Shown here: piece by piece, positions 17,300 through 25,472 of the stretch
Position numbering within the stretch: position 1 is the stretch's first letter
How the letters are laid out: the number at the start of each line of letters is the position of its first letter
Origin: a bacterium
GTDB lineage: Archaea > Thermoplasmatota > E2 > JACPAO01 > JAHFTW01
Assembly: GCA_040390065.1 (NCBI GenBank)
Contig: JAZJZE010000012.1
Coordinates: 1-27,019 of the forward strand
Length of the DNA: 27,019 bases
Direction: 5' to 3'
Program-made: the position numbers and the translations under genes
Notes under the pieces: generated by a model
The model's input: only the letters and a program-made list of their open reading frames with translations
What the model was told of the DNA's origin: nothing
Database searches by the model: none

Positions 17300-18510
17300 G
17301 GGCCGCCCTCCGCCAGCAACTCTCTGGCAATAATGAGACGCTGGATCTCGTTCGTGCCCTCATAGATCTCCGTGATGATCTGGTCGCGGAAATGGCGGTC
17401 CAGGCGGTAGCGCTGTTTCAGTCCCTCGCCGCCGAAGATCTGCAAGGTGCGTTCACCCGCGCGGCCAGCCATCTCGCTGCAATGGATCTTGACCGCAGCT
17501 GCGGCGCGACTGACCTTCTCCCGCAGGGCGCGCGGGACAGGCTCGTCGGTGGCGATGCGGTGGTAGTAGTCGTCGACCAGGGTGGCAGCGTGGTAGACGG
17601 CGTACTCGGCGAGATGGATGTCCGTCGCCATGTCCGCGAGCATCCACTGGATGGACTGGTTCTTCCCGAGGCTTCGCCCGAAGCGCTCGCGGCCGTTGGC
17701 GCGTTCCACCGAGAGTTCCAGGATGCGCTTGGTCGCGCCGAGGGTTCCTGCACCGAGGCCGACGCGGCCACCGTCGAGGGCCGTGAGTGCCACGATGAAG
17801 CCCTCGCCGACGTTGCCAAGGACGTTTTCCTTCGGCACGCGGCAGTTGTCGAAATGGAGTTGCGCCGTGTTACTGTGCCGGATGCCGAGCTTGTCCTCGA
17901 TGGTCCCGATGGAGAGACCCGGCGTGCCTTTCTCCACGATGAAAGCGGTCACACCACCGTGGGCACCCAACGTCGCGTCCGTCACGGCAAAGACGACGAG
18001 CGTGTCCGCGAAATTGCCGTTCGAGCACCAGATCTTGGTGCCGGAGAGAACGTAGTCGTTGCCGTCCTTCACGGCCTTCGTCTGAATGGCCGCGGCGTCC
18101 GAACCGGCGGCGGGCTCCGTAAGCGCGAACGCAGCAATCGCCTTGCCTTCCGCAAGGGGCCGCACGTAGCGCTCCCGCTGCTCGTCGCTGCCGAAGAGGT
18201 AGATGGGCATCATGCCGATGCCGGTGTGCGCACCGACGATGGTGCCGAGGCTTGCGTCCACGGCGCCGATCTCCTCCGCGACGAGGCAGTAGCCCACCTC
18301 GCCGAGGCCTGCGCCGCCCAGGGCGCGGGGGATAGGGAGCCCGGAGTACCCTTGCTCCTGGATCTTTCGCACGAGATGCAACGGTGAGTCGCCGCCGTGT
18401 CCGCGCCAGTCGTCTTCTGGGAGGAACGGCTCGATCTCGCGCCGCATGAAGTCGCGCGCGCTGCGGCGCAGCAGACGCTGCTGGGCCGACAGTTCGAACG
18501 CGAACGCCAT
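17296..18510 (-). CDS. Acyl-CoA dehydrogenase (short-chain/butyryl-CoA-like)
   Basis: AFALTEPAAGSDA, GTKIWCSNG, KLGIR, LDGGRVG, QIFGG and EIYEGTNEIQRLII (catalytic Glu) motifs. Confidence 0.96.
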   Translation of the reverse strand: MAFAFELSAQQRLLRRSARDFMRREIEPFLPEDDWRGHGGDSPLHLVRKIQEQGYSGLPIPRALGGAGLGEVGYCLVAEEIGAVDASLGTIVGAHTGIGMMPIYLFGSDEQRERYVRPLAEGKAIAAFALTEPAAGSDAAAIQTKAVKDGNDYVLSGTKIWCSNGNFADTLVVFAVTDATLGAHGGVTAFIVEKGTPGLSIGTIEDKLGIRHSNTAQLHFDNCRVPKENVLGNVGEGFIVALTALDGGRVGLGAGTLGATKRILELSVERANGRERFGRSLGKNQSIQWMLADMATDIHLAEYAVYHAATLVDDYYHRIATDEPVPRALREKVSRAAAAVKIHCSEMAGRAGERTLQIFGGEGLKQRYRLDRHFRDQIITEIYEGTNEIQRLIIARELLAEGGP

Positions 18511-18517
18511 GACCCGA

Positions 18518-19300
18518 TCACTTGCCTTGGAATTCGGGACTGCGCTTCTCGATGAACGCGGTCACGCCTTCCACGAGGTCGCTCGTGGCCGCCAGGCGGC
18601 CGGCGGCTTCGACTTCGGCGGCAAGGGCCGCCTCCCGCGTCGGGGCGCGCATGGTCTTGTTGATGGTGGCCTTGGCCTCCTCGATGGCAAGCGGCGCGGA
18701 TTTCTGGATGATGGTCCGCGCGATGTCGATGGCGGCGCGCACCTCCTCGCCGTCGGGCACGATCTTGTTGACGAGGCCGATGCGCTGCGCCTCCTGCGCG
18801 TTGACCATCTGGCCCGTGAAGATGAGTTCCTTGGCCTTCGCGGCACCCACCAGGCGCGGCAGGCGCGTGGAACCGCCCCATGCGGGGATCAAGCCGATCC
18901 AGGCTTCCGGCTGGCCGTAGCGGGCGCGGTCGGACGAGACGCGGATGTCGCACGCCATGGCGAGTTCGCAGCCACCACCCAGGGCGAGGTTGTTGACGGC
19001 GGCGATGACGGGCTTCGAGCAATCCTCGATGGCGTTCATGGCGGCGTGGCCGAGCTTGGCAATCTCCTGCGCCTGCTTCGGATCGACCCCGGCGAACTCC
19101 TTGAGGTCGGCGCCGGCACAGAATGCGTGGTTTCCGGCTCCGGTGAGCACGATGGCGCGGACCTCGGGGTTCTTGCCGAGGGCGGTGAACTCGGCTTGGA
19201 TCTCGCGCAGCACGGCGGGCGACAGCGCGTTGACCGGTGGGTGGTCAATCGTCACGATGGCGGTCTTGTTGTCGATCTTGGTCTTGAGGTGTTCAGCCAT
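18518..19300 (-). CDS. Enoyl-CoA hydratase (crotonase)
   Basis: AFCAGADLKEF, ALGGGCELAMACD and GQPEAWIGLIP motifs; both catalytic Glu residues are present. Confidence 0.96.
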   Translation of the reverse strand: MAEHLKTKIDNKTAIVTIDHPPVNALSPAVLREIQAEFTALGKNPEVRAIVLTGAGNHAFCAGADLKEFAGVDPKQAQEIAKLGHAAMNAIEDCSKPVIAAVNNLALGGGCELAMACDIRVSSDRARYGQPEAWIGLIPAWGGSTRLPRLVGAAKAKELIFTGQMVNAQEAQRIGLVNKIVPDGEEVRAAIDIARTIIQKSAPLAIEEAKATINKTMRAPTREAALAAEVEAAGRLAATSDLVEGVTAFIEKRSPEFQGK

Positions 19301-19301
19301 G

Positions 19302-20300
19302 TCATGACTCCTGGGAATCCTTGCGGTACTCGTAGAAGCCGCGCCCGGATTTCTGGCCGAGCCGGCCGGCGGCGACGAGTTGCTTCACGATCTGGATAGG
19401 GCGCTGAGCCACGACGCCGCCTTGCTGTTGGCGGATGGATTCGCCGGCGTGCAGCACGACGTCGAGGCCGATGAGGTCGGCGAGCGCAAGCGGTCCCATG
19501 GGCATGCCGGCGCCGGCCTGCATGGCGAGGTCGATGTCCTTGGGCTTGGCGACCCCTTCCTCGTAGCAGGCGAACGCTTCCTGGAGCATCGGCGCCAGGA
19601 TACGGTTGACGAGGAAGCCGGGACCTTCCTTGACTTGCACGGGCAAGAGGGGATACCGGTGGTTGCGCATGGGCGCGAAGAAGTTGACGACGTCCTCGAC
19701 GATGTCGGGCCGCGTCTCGATGCCTGGGATGATCTCGATGAGGGGCAGGGTCGTCGGCGGATTGAAGAAGTGCACGCCGAGGAAGCGGCCCCGGCGGGCG
19801 GCGGGGATTGCGGCGGCGAGCTCCGTGACGGGCAGGGTGCTGGTGTTCGTGGCAAGGACGCAGTGGTCGGGAACGTGGCCGACGAGTTCGGCGAAGATCT
19901 TCTTCTTGAGCGCCATGTTCTCCGGCGCCGCCTCGATGACGAGCTCCATCTTGTCGAAGCCGTCGAACGAGGTCGTCGCCTTGATCTTGGCCAGGACCTT
20001 TTTCTTGCGCTCCTCGTCGTAGGTCGGCTTGAGCGTCGCGTGGACCTTGGCCTTCTGCTCGTCGCTCAGCTTGACCCCGGTGCGCCCCTCGAACTCGTCG
20101 ATGGCCTTTGGCGCCTTTGCGCCGTGGAACGCCACGAGCTCGTCCAGGTCCTTGGAAATCGTGGCCATGCCGCGGTCGAGGGCGGCCTGGTCGATGTCGC
20201 GCAGGGTCACGCTCACGTTGTTGAGCGCCAGGACTTGGGCGATTCGGGCGCCCATCACGCCAGCCCCGAGGACGGCGGCCTTGTCGACGAAAAGCACCAT
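19302..20300 (-). CDS. 3-hydroxyacyl-CoA dehydrogenase
   Basis: VLGAGVMG, VIEAAPE, ATNTSTL, GVHFFNP, PGFLVNR, PMGPLALADLIGLDV and GRLGQKSGRGFY motifs. Confidence 0.96.
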   Translation of the reverse strand: MVLFVDKAAVLGAGVMGARIAQVLALNNVSVTLRDIDQAALDRGMATISKDLDELVAFHGAKAPKAIDEFEGRTGVKLSDEQKAKVHATLKPTYDEERKKKVLAKIKATTSFDGFDKMELVIEAAPENMALKKKIFAELVGHVPDHCVLATNTSTLPVTELAAAIPAARRGRFLGVHFFNPPTTLPLIEIIPGIETRPDIVEDVVNFFAPMRNHRYPLLPVQVKEGPGFLVNRILAPMLQEAFACYEEGVAKPKDIDLAMQAGAGMPMGPLALADLIGLDVVLHAGESIRQQQGGVVAQRPIQIVKQLVAAGRLGQKSGRGFYEYRKDSQES

Positions 20301-20371
20301 GGGCGGAACCGGGAGTATAAAGGGAGGTCCGCTGGGATAATGCTTGCGACGGGGCCAGCCTTCCGAGACCA

Positions 20372-20485
20372 CTCCTGTTGGCAAAACTCGAACATGTTCG
20401 GCTCGGTGCTTGACCTGGATGGGTTTCTGGCGTCAAACCCTACAGCCCGTGCCTGGCGACGCAGCACGACGGACGCCAACAGGAG
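20372..20485. promoter_or_regulatory. Structured element in the divergent intergenic region
   Basis: An 11-bp perfect inverted repeat (20372-20382/20475-20485) encloses the palindrome CGAACATGTTCG (20389-20400) and a GGGTTT..AAACCC hairpin (20421-20440). Confidence 0.45.
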
Positions 20486-20552
20486 GTAAATGGACCGCAT
20501 CCAGGCCGCGGAGCCCCCTTCGCTTGCTATTTGGCCCTTGGGGGCAACCCGG

Positions 20553-20558
20553 ATATAC
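20553..20558 (+). promoter_or_regulatory. Putative TATA box for the secreted-protein gene pair
   Basis: ATATAC lies 24-29 nt upstream of ATG 20582. Confidence 0.45.
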
Positions 20559-20581
20559 GGTGGGGAAACGAACACGGACAC

Positions 20582-21193
20582 ATGTCTCAACCGACACGCA
20601 ATGCCCCCGCGGGTACCACACAAGGCACGCGCGGTGGTTTCGGCCAATGGCTCCGCCTCCACCAACTGTCCGCTGCCTTCGTCGGTGGGCTGCTCCTCAT
20701 CGCCGCCGCCGTCGCGGCCGGCGTCTCCATCCGCCAGGACGTGGCGACGACGTCGACCGCCGTTGCACCCGAGGTGAAGTTCGTCGCAGGCACCGACTAC
20801 ACGACCATCAATGCCGCGGGATTCGCGACCCTTACGATTGCCAGCAACGGCGCCAGCGCGACCCTGAGCGTACAGGGCGTGGCAGGGGCCGCCGCCGTGG
20901 ACCTCACCAAGATCCTCAAGATCCAGAACACGGCGGCCAGCGCCTACACGCTGACCCTGTCCACGAGCGCTTCACTGCCCGCGGGATTGTCCAGCTTCCT
21001 CGTGACCATCAAGACGACGGGCGGCGGCGCCGTCACCAACGGCATCTGGGATGCAGCTGCGGGTGGCTCCTCGAGCGCCATCACGTTGCCCGCCTCCACG
21101 ACCTACGACATCAGCCTAGAACTGGTGGAAACGGCGGCGGCCTCGGGTACCCTTGGCACCTTCAACCTGCAGTTCACGCTGACGCCTGCGTGA
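20582..21193 (+). CDS. Secreted Thr/Ala/Gly-rich beta-strand protein; putative surface filament subunit 1
   Basis: Hydrophobic signal (AAFVGGLLLIAAAVAA); the mature part is all amphipathic beta-strands; no lipobox and no C-terminal anchor; strongly GC3-biased codons. Confidence 0.85.
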   Translation: MSQPTRNAPAGTTQGTRGGFGQWLRLHQLSAAFVGGLLLIAAAVAAGVSIRQDVATTSTAVAPEVKFVAGTDYTTINAAGFATLTIASNGASATLSVQGVAGAAAVDLTKILKIQNTAASAYTLTLSTSASLPAGLSSFLVTIKTTGGGAVTNGIWDAAAGGSSSAITLPASTTYDISLELVETAAASGTLGTFNLQFTLTPA

Positions 21194-21209
21194 GGGGGTC
21201 GGTGCGCCT

Positions 21210-21767
21210 GTGCGCCGCGTGCGCCTGCTGGCCATCTCGCTCCTGCTGTCGCTGGCTTTCGCCGTGCGTGGTGCCGTGACGGTGCAAGAGACCGTCGCCA
21301 CGACCGTTACGTCCGCAGTCCCGGTGACGCTGACGGCCGGGGCAGTGGGCAGCACCACCTTCAACGCGGCCGCGACGTCGGCCAGCACCACCGCCACCGG
21401 GCTGGCGCAGGTGGCCGCCGAGGTCCTCAAGATCCATCGGTCCTCCGGCTCCTGGGATGTGACCGTTCGCATCGACACCGCCGCCGGGACCGGGCTCACC
21501 GCCGGCAACTCGGCGACCATCAACGAAGTCCAGGGCGTCACCAACAACGCCCAAGGCACGGCGACGCGCGTGACGAGCACGACCATGAGCATCGCGGGGA
21601 CGCCGGGTTCCGCCGTGACCCTGTCGGGGGCGACGGACATCAGCATCAAGGTCACGAGCACGCATGCGGTCGGCGCGACCATCACGCTGGGCATGACGAT
21701 CCTCCTCGTCCAGGCGGGCCAGACCAACCCGTCGCTCTCCTACTCCTACACGCTTCTGCTCAACTAG
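21210..21767 (+). CDS. Secreted Thr-rich beta-strand protein, paralogue of the preceding gene; putative filament subunit 2
   Basis: Signal MRRVRLLAISLLLSLAFA; shares VATT, P.V...AG, LKI and DIS motifs with the upstream protein; GAGGGGGT SD-like sequence upstream. Confidence 0.85.
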   Translation: MRRVRLLAISLLLSLAFAVRGAVTVQETVATTVTSAVPVTLTAGAVGSTTFNAAATSASTTATGLAQVAAEVLKIHRSSGSWDVTVRIDTAAGTGLTAGNSATINEVQGVTNNAQGTATRVTSTTMSIAGTPGSAVTLSGATDISIKVTSTHAVGATITLGMTILLVQAGQTNPSLSYSYTLLLN

Positions 21768-21859
21768 GCAACGGGGCGGCCCGCGTGCGGGCCCTATAAT
21801 GACTCTTGCACGAAGCGGCGGGAAAGCCTCTTTACGCGCAACGCTCAATCAATTGCTAC

Positions 21860-22228
21860 ATGCCAGTCAAACCCAAGGCCAAGAAGGTTGCAGCAAAGGC
21901 GGCCAAACCCGCCAAGGCGGCCAAGCGGCCCGCCGCGAAGGCCGCAAAGAAGGCGGCCAAGCCCGTCGTGGCCGTGCGGGAGCCTGTGCGGCCAAAACCC
22001 GAGACGCTGCCTGGACATCACGCAACGAAGGGCGAGTTCGCCCGGCACATGTCGGAGGCCGAGCATGCCCACCAGGATCCCCGCTGGGCGACCGAGAAAC
22101 CGGGAGACCGCTGGGACCGCGCGCACACCGACCCACGCATGGACCAGGCCGCCATCAAGACGCGCGGCGTGCCCAGGATGAACAAGATGGTCAACTGGTT
22201 CCGGCGTGCGCCTAAGAAAGGGACGTAG
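21860..22228 (+). CDS. Small basic protein with a Lys/Ala/Pro-rich (histone H1-like) N-terminal tail
   Basis: MPVKPKAKKVAAKAAKPAKAAKRPAAKAAKKAAKP followed by a His/Arg/Trp-containing region; a CTTTAC box about 25 nt upstream. Confidence 0.8.
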   Translation: MPVKPKAKKVAAKAAKPAKAAKRPAAKAAKKAAKPVVAVREPVRPKPETLPGHHATKGEFARHMSEAEHAHQDPRWATEKPGDRWDRAHTDPRMDQAAIKTRGVPRMNKMVNWFRRAPKKGT

Positions 22229-22405
22229 GCCTTTCCCGCCCGACGGGTCCACAGATTCCGCTGAGATCTCAGGCATGGTCCGGGTGGGCTCTTGCACGTC
22301 CTGCAATGGCACGGACGGGGAGCAGATTCCACGGATTGCCCAGGCAGACACGGTCAATCTGTGGGCATCCAGGTGGACGACCGACCGGAGGGATTCGGCG
22401 GAATC

Positions 22406-22645
22406 CTAGCTGAGGTTGACGACGATGACGTCGCGGACCGCCTTGATCGAGGCGAACGGGAACGTGATGCGGCCCTGCGAGTCCTGGTTGAACGACTTCG
22501 CGTCCAGTTCCTGCGCCGGCTCGACGTGGATGCCGACGAGGTCGCCCGTCTCGACGTTCGTGCTGATGTTCCGGAGGATGCCGAGGTATCCGCCCTCGCT
22601 GGACATGACCGTCTTGCCGCGCAGTTCCGACTCGAAGACCTTCAT
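22406..22645 (-). CDS. PRC-barrel domain protein (CdpB-like)
   Basis: ELRGKTVMSSEGGYLG..NI..ETGDL..IHVEP...IKAVRDVIVV is the archaeal stand-alone PRC-barrel pattern. Confidence 0.9.
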   Translation of the reverse strand: MKVFESELRGKTVMSSEGGYLGILRNISTNVETGDLVGIHVEPAQELDAKSFNQDSQGRITFPFASIKAVRDVIVVNLS

Positions 22646-22756
22646 TCGTGCACCCTCGAACCTTAGGAGAACGACAGGGAAGAAAAGGGTAGTGCTTCAA
22701 GGCGGCGGCGACGCCGCTGCGCAAAAGGCCTAAAGGGGCGACGCCGGTCGAACGCC

Positions 22757-24088
22757 ATGCGCGCCTCCCTCGCCCTGGCCGTCCTCCTGGCAACCTCCCT
22801 CGTGGCGGGCTGCTCGTCGCCTCCCGAAACCCAGCCGTCGTCTGGGCCAGAACTGCCGGCCACGACCGACCCATGGGTTGGCGTCCAGGCGGCCATGGTA
22901 GGCGTACCATGCCAGGCCGACGCCTCCGGCAACGGCAACTCGGCGAACCTCAAGTTGCTCTCCACGGTCCTCATGCCAGCGTCGCATGACGGCATCCATG
23001 CCGAGATTGACATCCGCGGCGACCTGGCGATCCATGCCCGCTACGGCTCGTCGGGCTTTGAGTTGTTCAACATCACCAACCCGATGGCGCCCGTGCACCT
23101 CGGCAACTGGACCCACGACCCTGACGACGGCGCGCTCGACGTCAAGTTCAGTCCCGACAACGCGACCGTGCTCGTCGGCACGGGCGACTCGATCCACCTC
23201 GTCGACGTGCGCGACCCGCTGGCCCCCAAACAAGTCGGCGACTGGCACGTCAGCGACGCGAACCCCGTCGGCGGCGACGCGGCGAAGGTCCTCTACAACT
23301 CGCACATGTTCTACACCAAGCGCATCGCCGGCGCCGACTGGGTGTTCTTGGCACCCAACTCCAACTCGGGCGTCTGGATCCTGAAGCTGGAGGGCGGCCC
23401 CGACGCGCCGAAGCTCACGTACGTCACGCAGACGCTGCCCGTGGAAGGCGGACCCCTTGGCCCGCACGACCTGTACGTGCAGAAGGACGCCCTCGACGGC
23501 CACTGGTACCTGTACTCCGCGGACGGCTTCCACGGCTGGACGGCATTCAACGTCGACAACCCGGCAAGCCCCATGCCCGCGGGCGGCTTTGCCAATCCGG
23601 CTGAAGGCTCGTACACGCACACGATCCAGACGGCCACAATCAACGGCAAGCGCATCGTGGCAACCATCGGCGAGGTCGGCGCCAACATCCTGCGCATCTA
23701 CGACGCCACCGTCATGGCCGCGCCCATCCCGCTCGGCTTCTGGCAGGCGGACACGGCCAACGCGCCGGGTGCGCCGGAGCACGACATCAACATCGCCGGC
23801 GGCAACCTGTACGTCTCGTACTACACGCACGGACTCTACATCTTCAACCTGACCGCCTTCACGGCAGGCATCAGCATCCCGGCCGCCGGCTCCGCGACAC
23901 TGCACCCGGTGGCGCACTGGGCGGTCCCCGGCGAATCGCCGTCGACGAGTCCCCTCGGCTTTGCCGGCTTCTGGGACACCGTCGTGAAGGACGGCGTCAT
24001 CTACGTCAGCCACATCGAAGGCGGCCTCGTCGTGCTCGGCTACGGCTGCAACCACGCGCCGGATGCAAGGCTGACGAGCGACGGTTGA
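22757..24088 (+). CDS. LVIVD-repeat beta-propeller lipoprotein
   Basis: Lipobox VAGC; repeated FELFNITNP, IHLVDVRDP, TAFNVDNP, LRIYDAT and LYIFNL blades with PHDLYV, THTI and EHDINI His motifs. Confidence 0.88.
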   Translation: MRASLALAVLLATSLVAGCSSPPETQPSSGPELPATTDPWVGVQAAMVGVPCQADASGNGNSANLKLLSTVLMPASHDGIHAEIDIRGDLAIHARYGSSGFELFNITNPMAPVHLGNWTHDPDDGALDVKFSPDNATVLVGTGDSIHLVDVRDPLAPKQVGDWHVSDANPVGGDAAKVLYNSHMFYTKRIAGADWVFLAPNSNSGVWILKLEGGPDAPKLTYVTQTLPVEGGPLGPHDLYVQKDALDGHWYLYSADGFHGWTAFNVDNPASPMPAGGFANPAEGSYTHTIQTATINGKRIVATIGEVGANILRIYDATVMAAPIPLGFWQADTANAPGAPEHDINIAGGNLYVSYYTHGLYIFNLTAFTAGISIPAAGSATLHPVAHWAVPGESPSTSPLGFAGFWDTVVKDGVIYVSHIEGGLVVLGYGCNHAPDARLTSDG

Positions 24089-24089
24089 G

Positions 24090-25472
24090 ATGAAGCCTCG
24101 GCTGGCTGCCATCCTCGTGGTGTCTGCGTTTTCGCTGACCGCGCTCGCCGGCTGCGGTGGGGGACCGTCGAGTTATCCGGAGGGCCTTGGCGAACAGTGC
24201 AATCCCCAGCTCGTGTCCGACTGCGGGGCAGACGTCTGGACCGTTCACGGCCTGCGCCGCGAAGGTCATTGGGGATTCGGGTTGACGACCTCCAGCGAAC
24301 ACAGCCTCGTCATCGAAGACTTCCGCCTGGTCGGGTACGAAATCCCCCTCAACATCCAGAGTGGGGGGTGCGCAACGTGTACCCTGACGCTCCGCGATGG
24401 TTACGTCGAGACCGCGGAAAGCGGCATGGGCCCTGGCTCGCTCGGGATTCGGCTTTTCGGTACATGGTCTTCCATCCTGATTGAAAACGTGACCGTGGTT
24501 GTGCGCAGCTACTCCAGCGGCATCCATCGCGGCTTCGAGACGGCCAATGATCCGCCCACGATGGCCCTCCATGATGTGCGCATCATCGGCAAGGGCCTTC
24601 CGCCCCCGGGCGCGAAAGGCTACCAGACCACTACGCCCGTGGGATTCTATTACATCCAGCTCGTAGCGGGGGGATCCGTTGATCTTCGCGGCGTAGACGT
24701 GTCCGGCTTTGGCGCAGGCCTCGGGATTGTCAGCGAGACCATCACGGCCGACCACCTCGCCGTGGACAACACAACACGCGGCGCCCTCCTGGCGGGGGCC
24801 CACATGACCGTCGTCGGGGCTTCGGCACAAGGTAACGTGCAAAGTGGCCTGTCACTCTATGGCGCCAGATATGGCCCCGGGTCGGCCGCTGAGGTCCGAG
24901 TCCGCGACGTGCGAGCGGAGCGCAACGGCGTCGGACTCAACGTTTCTGCCTCCACCGGTATCGATATGCAAGGCGTCATCGCACGCAACAACGGATATGG
25001 GCTGCGTATCGATGTCCGTGAAGCAAGCCCGGCCGCGGCCCGCGACATCGTTGCATCGGACAACCGCTACGCGGGATTGGACGTGGCTGGAACCGGTCTT
25101 CGTATCACGAACGCCACGCTCCTGCGCAACGGGCTTGGCGCGCCAGACCCCGCCGCCGGCCGATCCCCCGAGATGTATGGCGGCATCGTGGCCGGAATCA
25201 GCCTGGGGATACCGGACATTCCCTTTCCGCCCCAACCGCCAACAATCCCGCCCACCTCGCCGGCGGCCGCCGCGATCATTGAAGCATCATGGCTAGAAGG
25301 GAATGTCCCCTACGGCGTCGTGACGAGCCCGGGCACCGTGGTCGCTGCCGCCGACAACTGGTGGGGCACGGCCGAGGGGCCGTCGCTGACGGTCGGGCCC
25401 GTGGTCGTCCCAACAGGGGGCGACGCCGTGTCGAGTGGCGTTCAATTCGCACCGTGGCGGACGACGCCCTAG
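24090..25472 (+). CDS. Right-handed parallel beta-helix repeat lipoprotein
   Basis: Lipobox LAGC; repeated GNVQSGLSL, RNGVGLNV, NNGYGLRI and DNRYAGLDV rungs; C-terminal ADNWWG motif. Confidence 0.82.
   Translation: MKPRLAAILVVSAFSLTALAGCGGGPSSYPEGLGEQCNPQLVSDCGADVWTVHGLRREGHWGFGLTTSSEHSLVIEDFRLVGYEIPLNIQSGGCATCTLTLRDGYVETAESGMGPGSLGIRLFGTWSSILIENVTVVVRSYSSGIHRGFETANDPPTMALHDVRIIGKGLPPPGAKGYQTTTPVGFYYIQLVAGGSVDLRGVDVSGFGAGLGIVSETITADHLAVDNTTRGALLAGAHMTVVGASAQGNVQSGLSLYGARYGPGSAAEVRVRDVRAERNGVGLNVSASTGIDMQGVIARNNGYGLRIDVREASPAAARDIVASDNRYAGLDVAGTGLRITNATLLRNGLGAPDPAAGRSPEMYGGIVAGISLGIPDIPFPPQPPTIPPTSPAAAAIIEASWLEGNVPYGVVTSPGTVVAAADNWWGTAEGPSLTVGPVVVPTGGDAVSSGVQFAPWRTTP

Noticed and set aside
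20389-20400. Gram-positive LexA SOS box
   Set aside because: The spacer between GAAC and GTTC is 2 nt, not 4, and the host is archaeal.
20490-20777. 95-aa ORF behind AGGAGGT
   Set aside because: The SD-to-ATG spacing is only 2 nt, the product is Pro/Ser/Arg-rich shadow-like sequence, and it overlaps the better gene at 20582 out of frame.
20582-21767. Type IV pilins or archaellins
   Set aside because: There is no class III motif (basic-G/A directly followed by the hydrophobic helix), and no ATPase or TadC-like genes are nearby.
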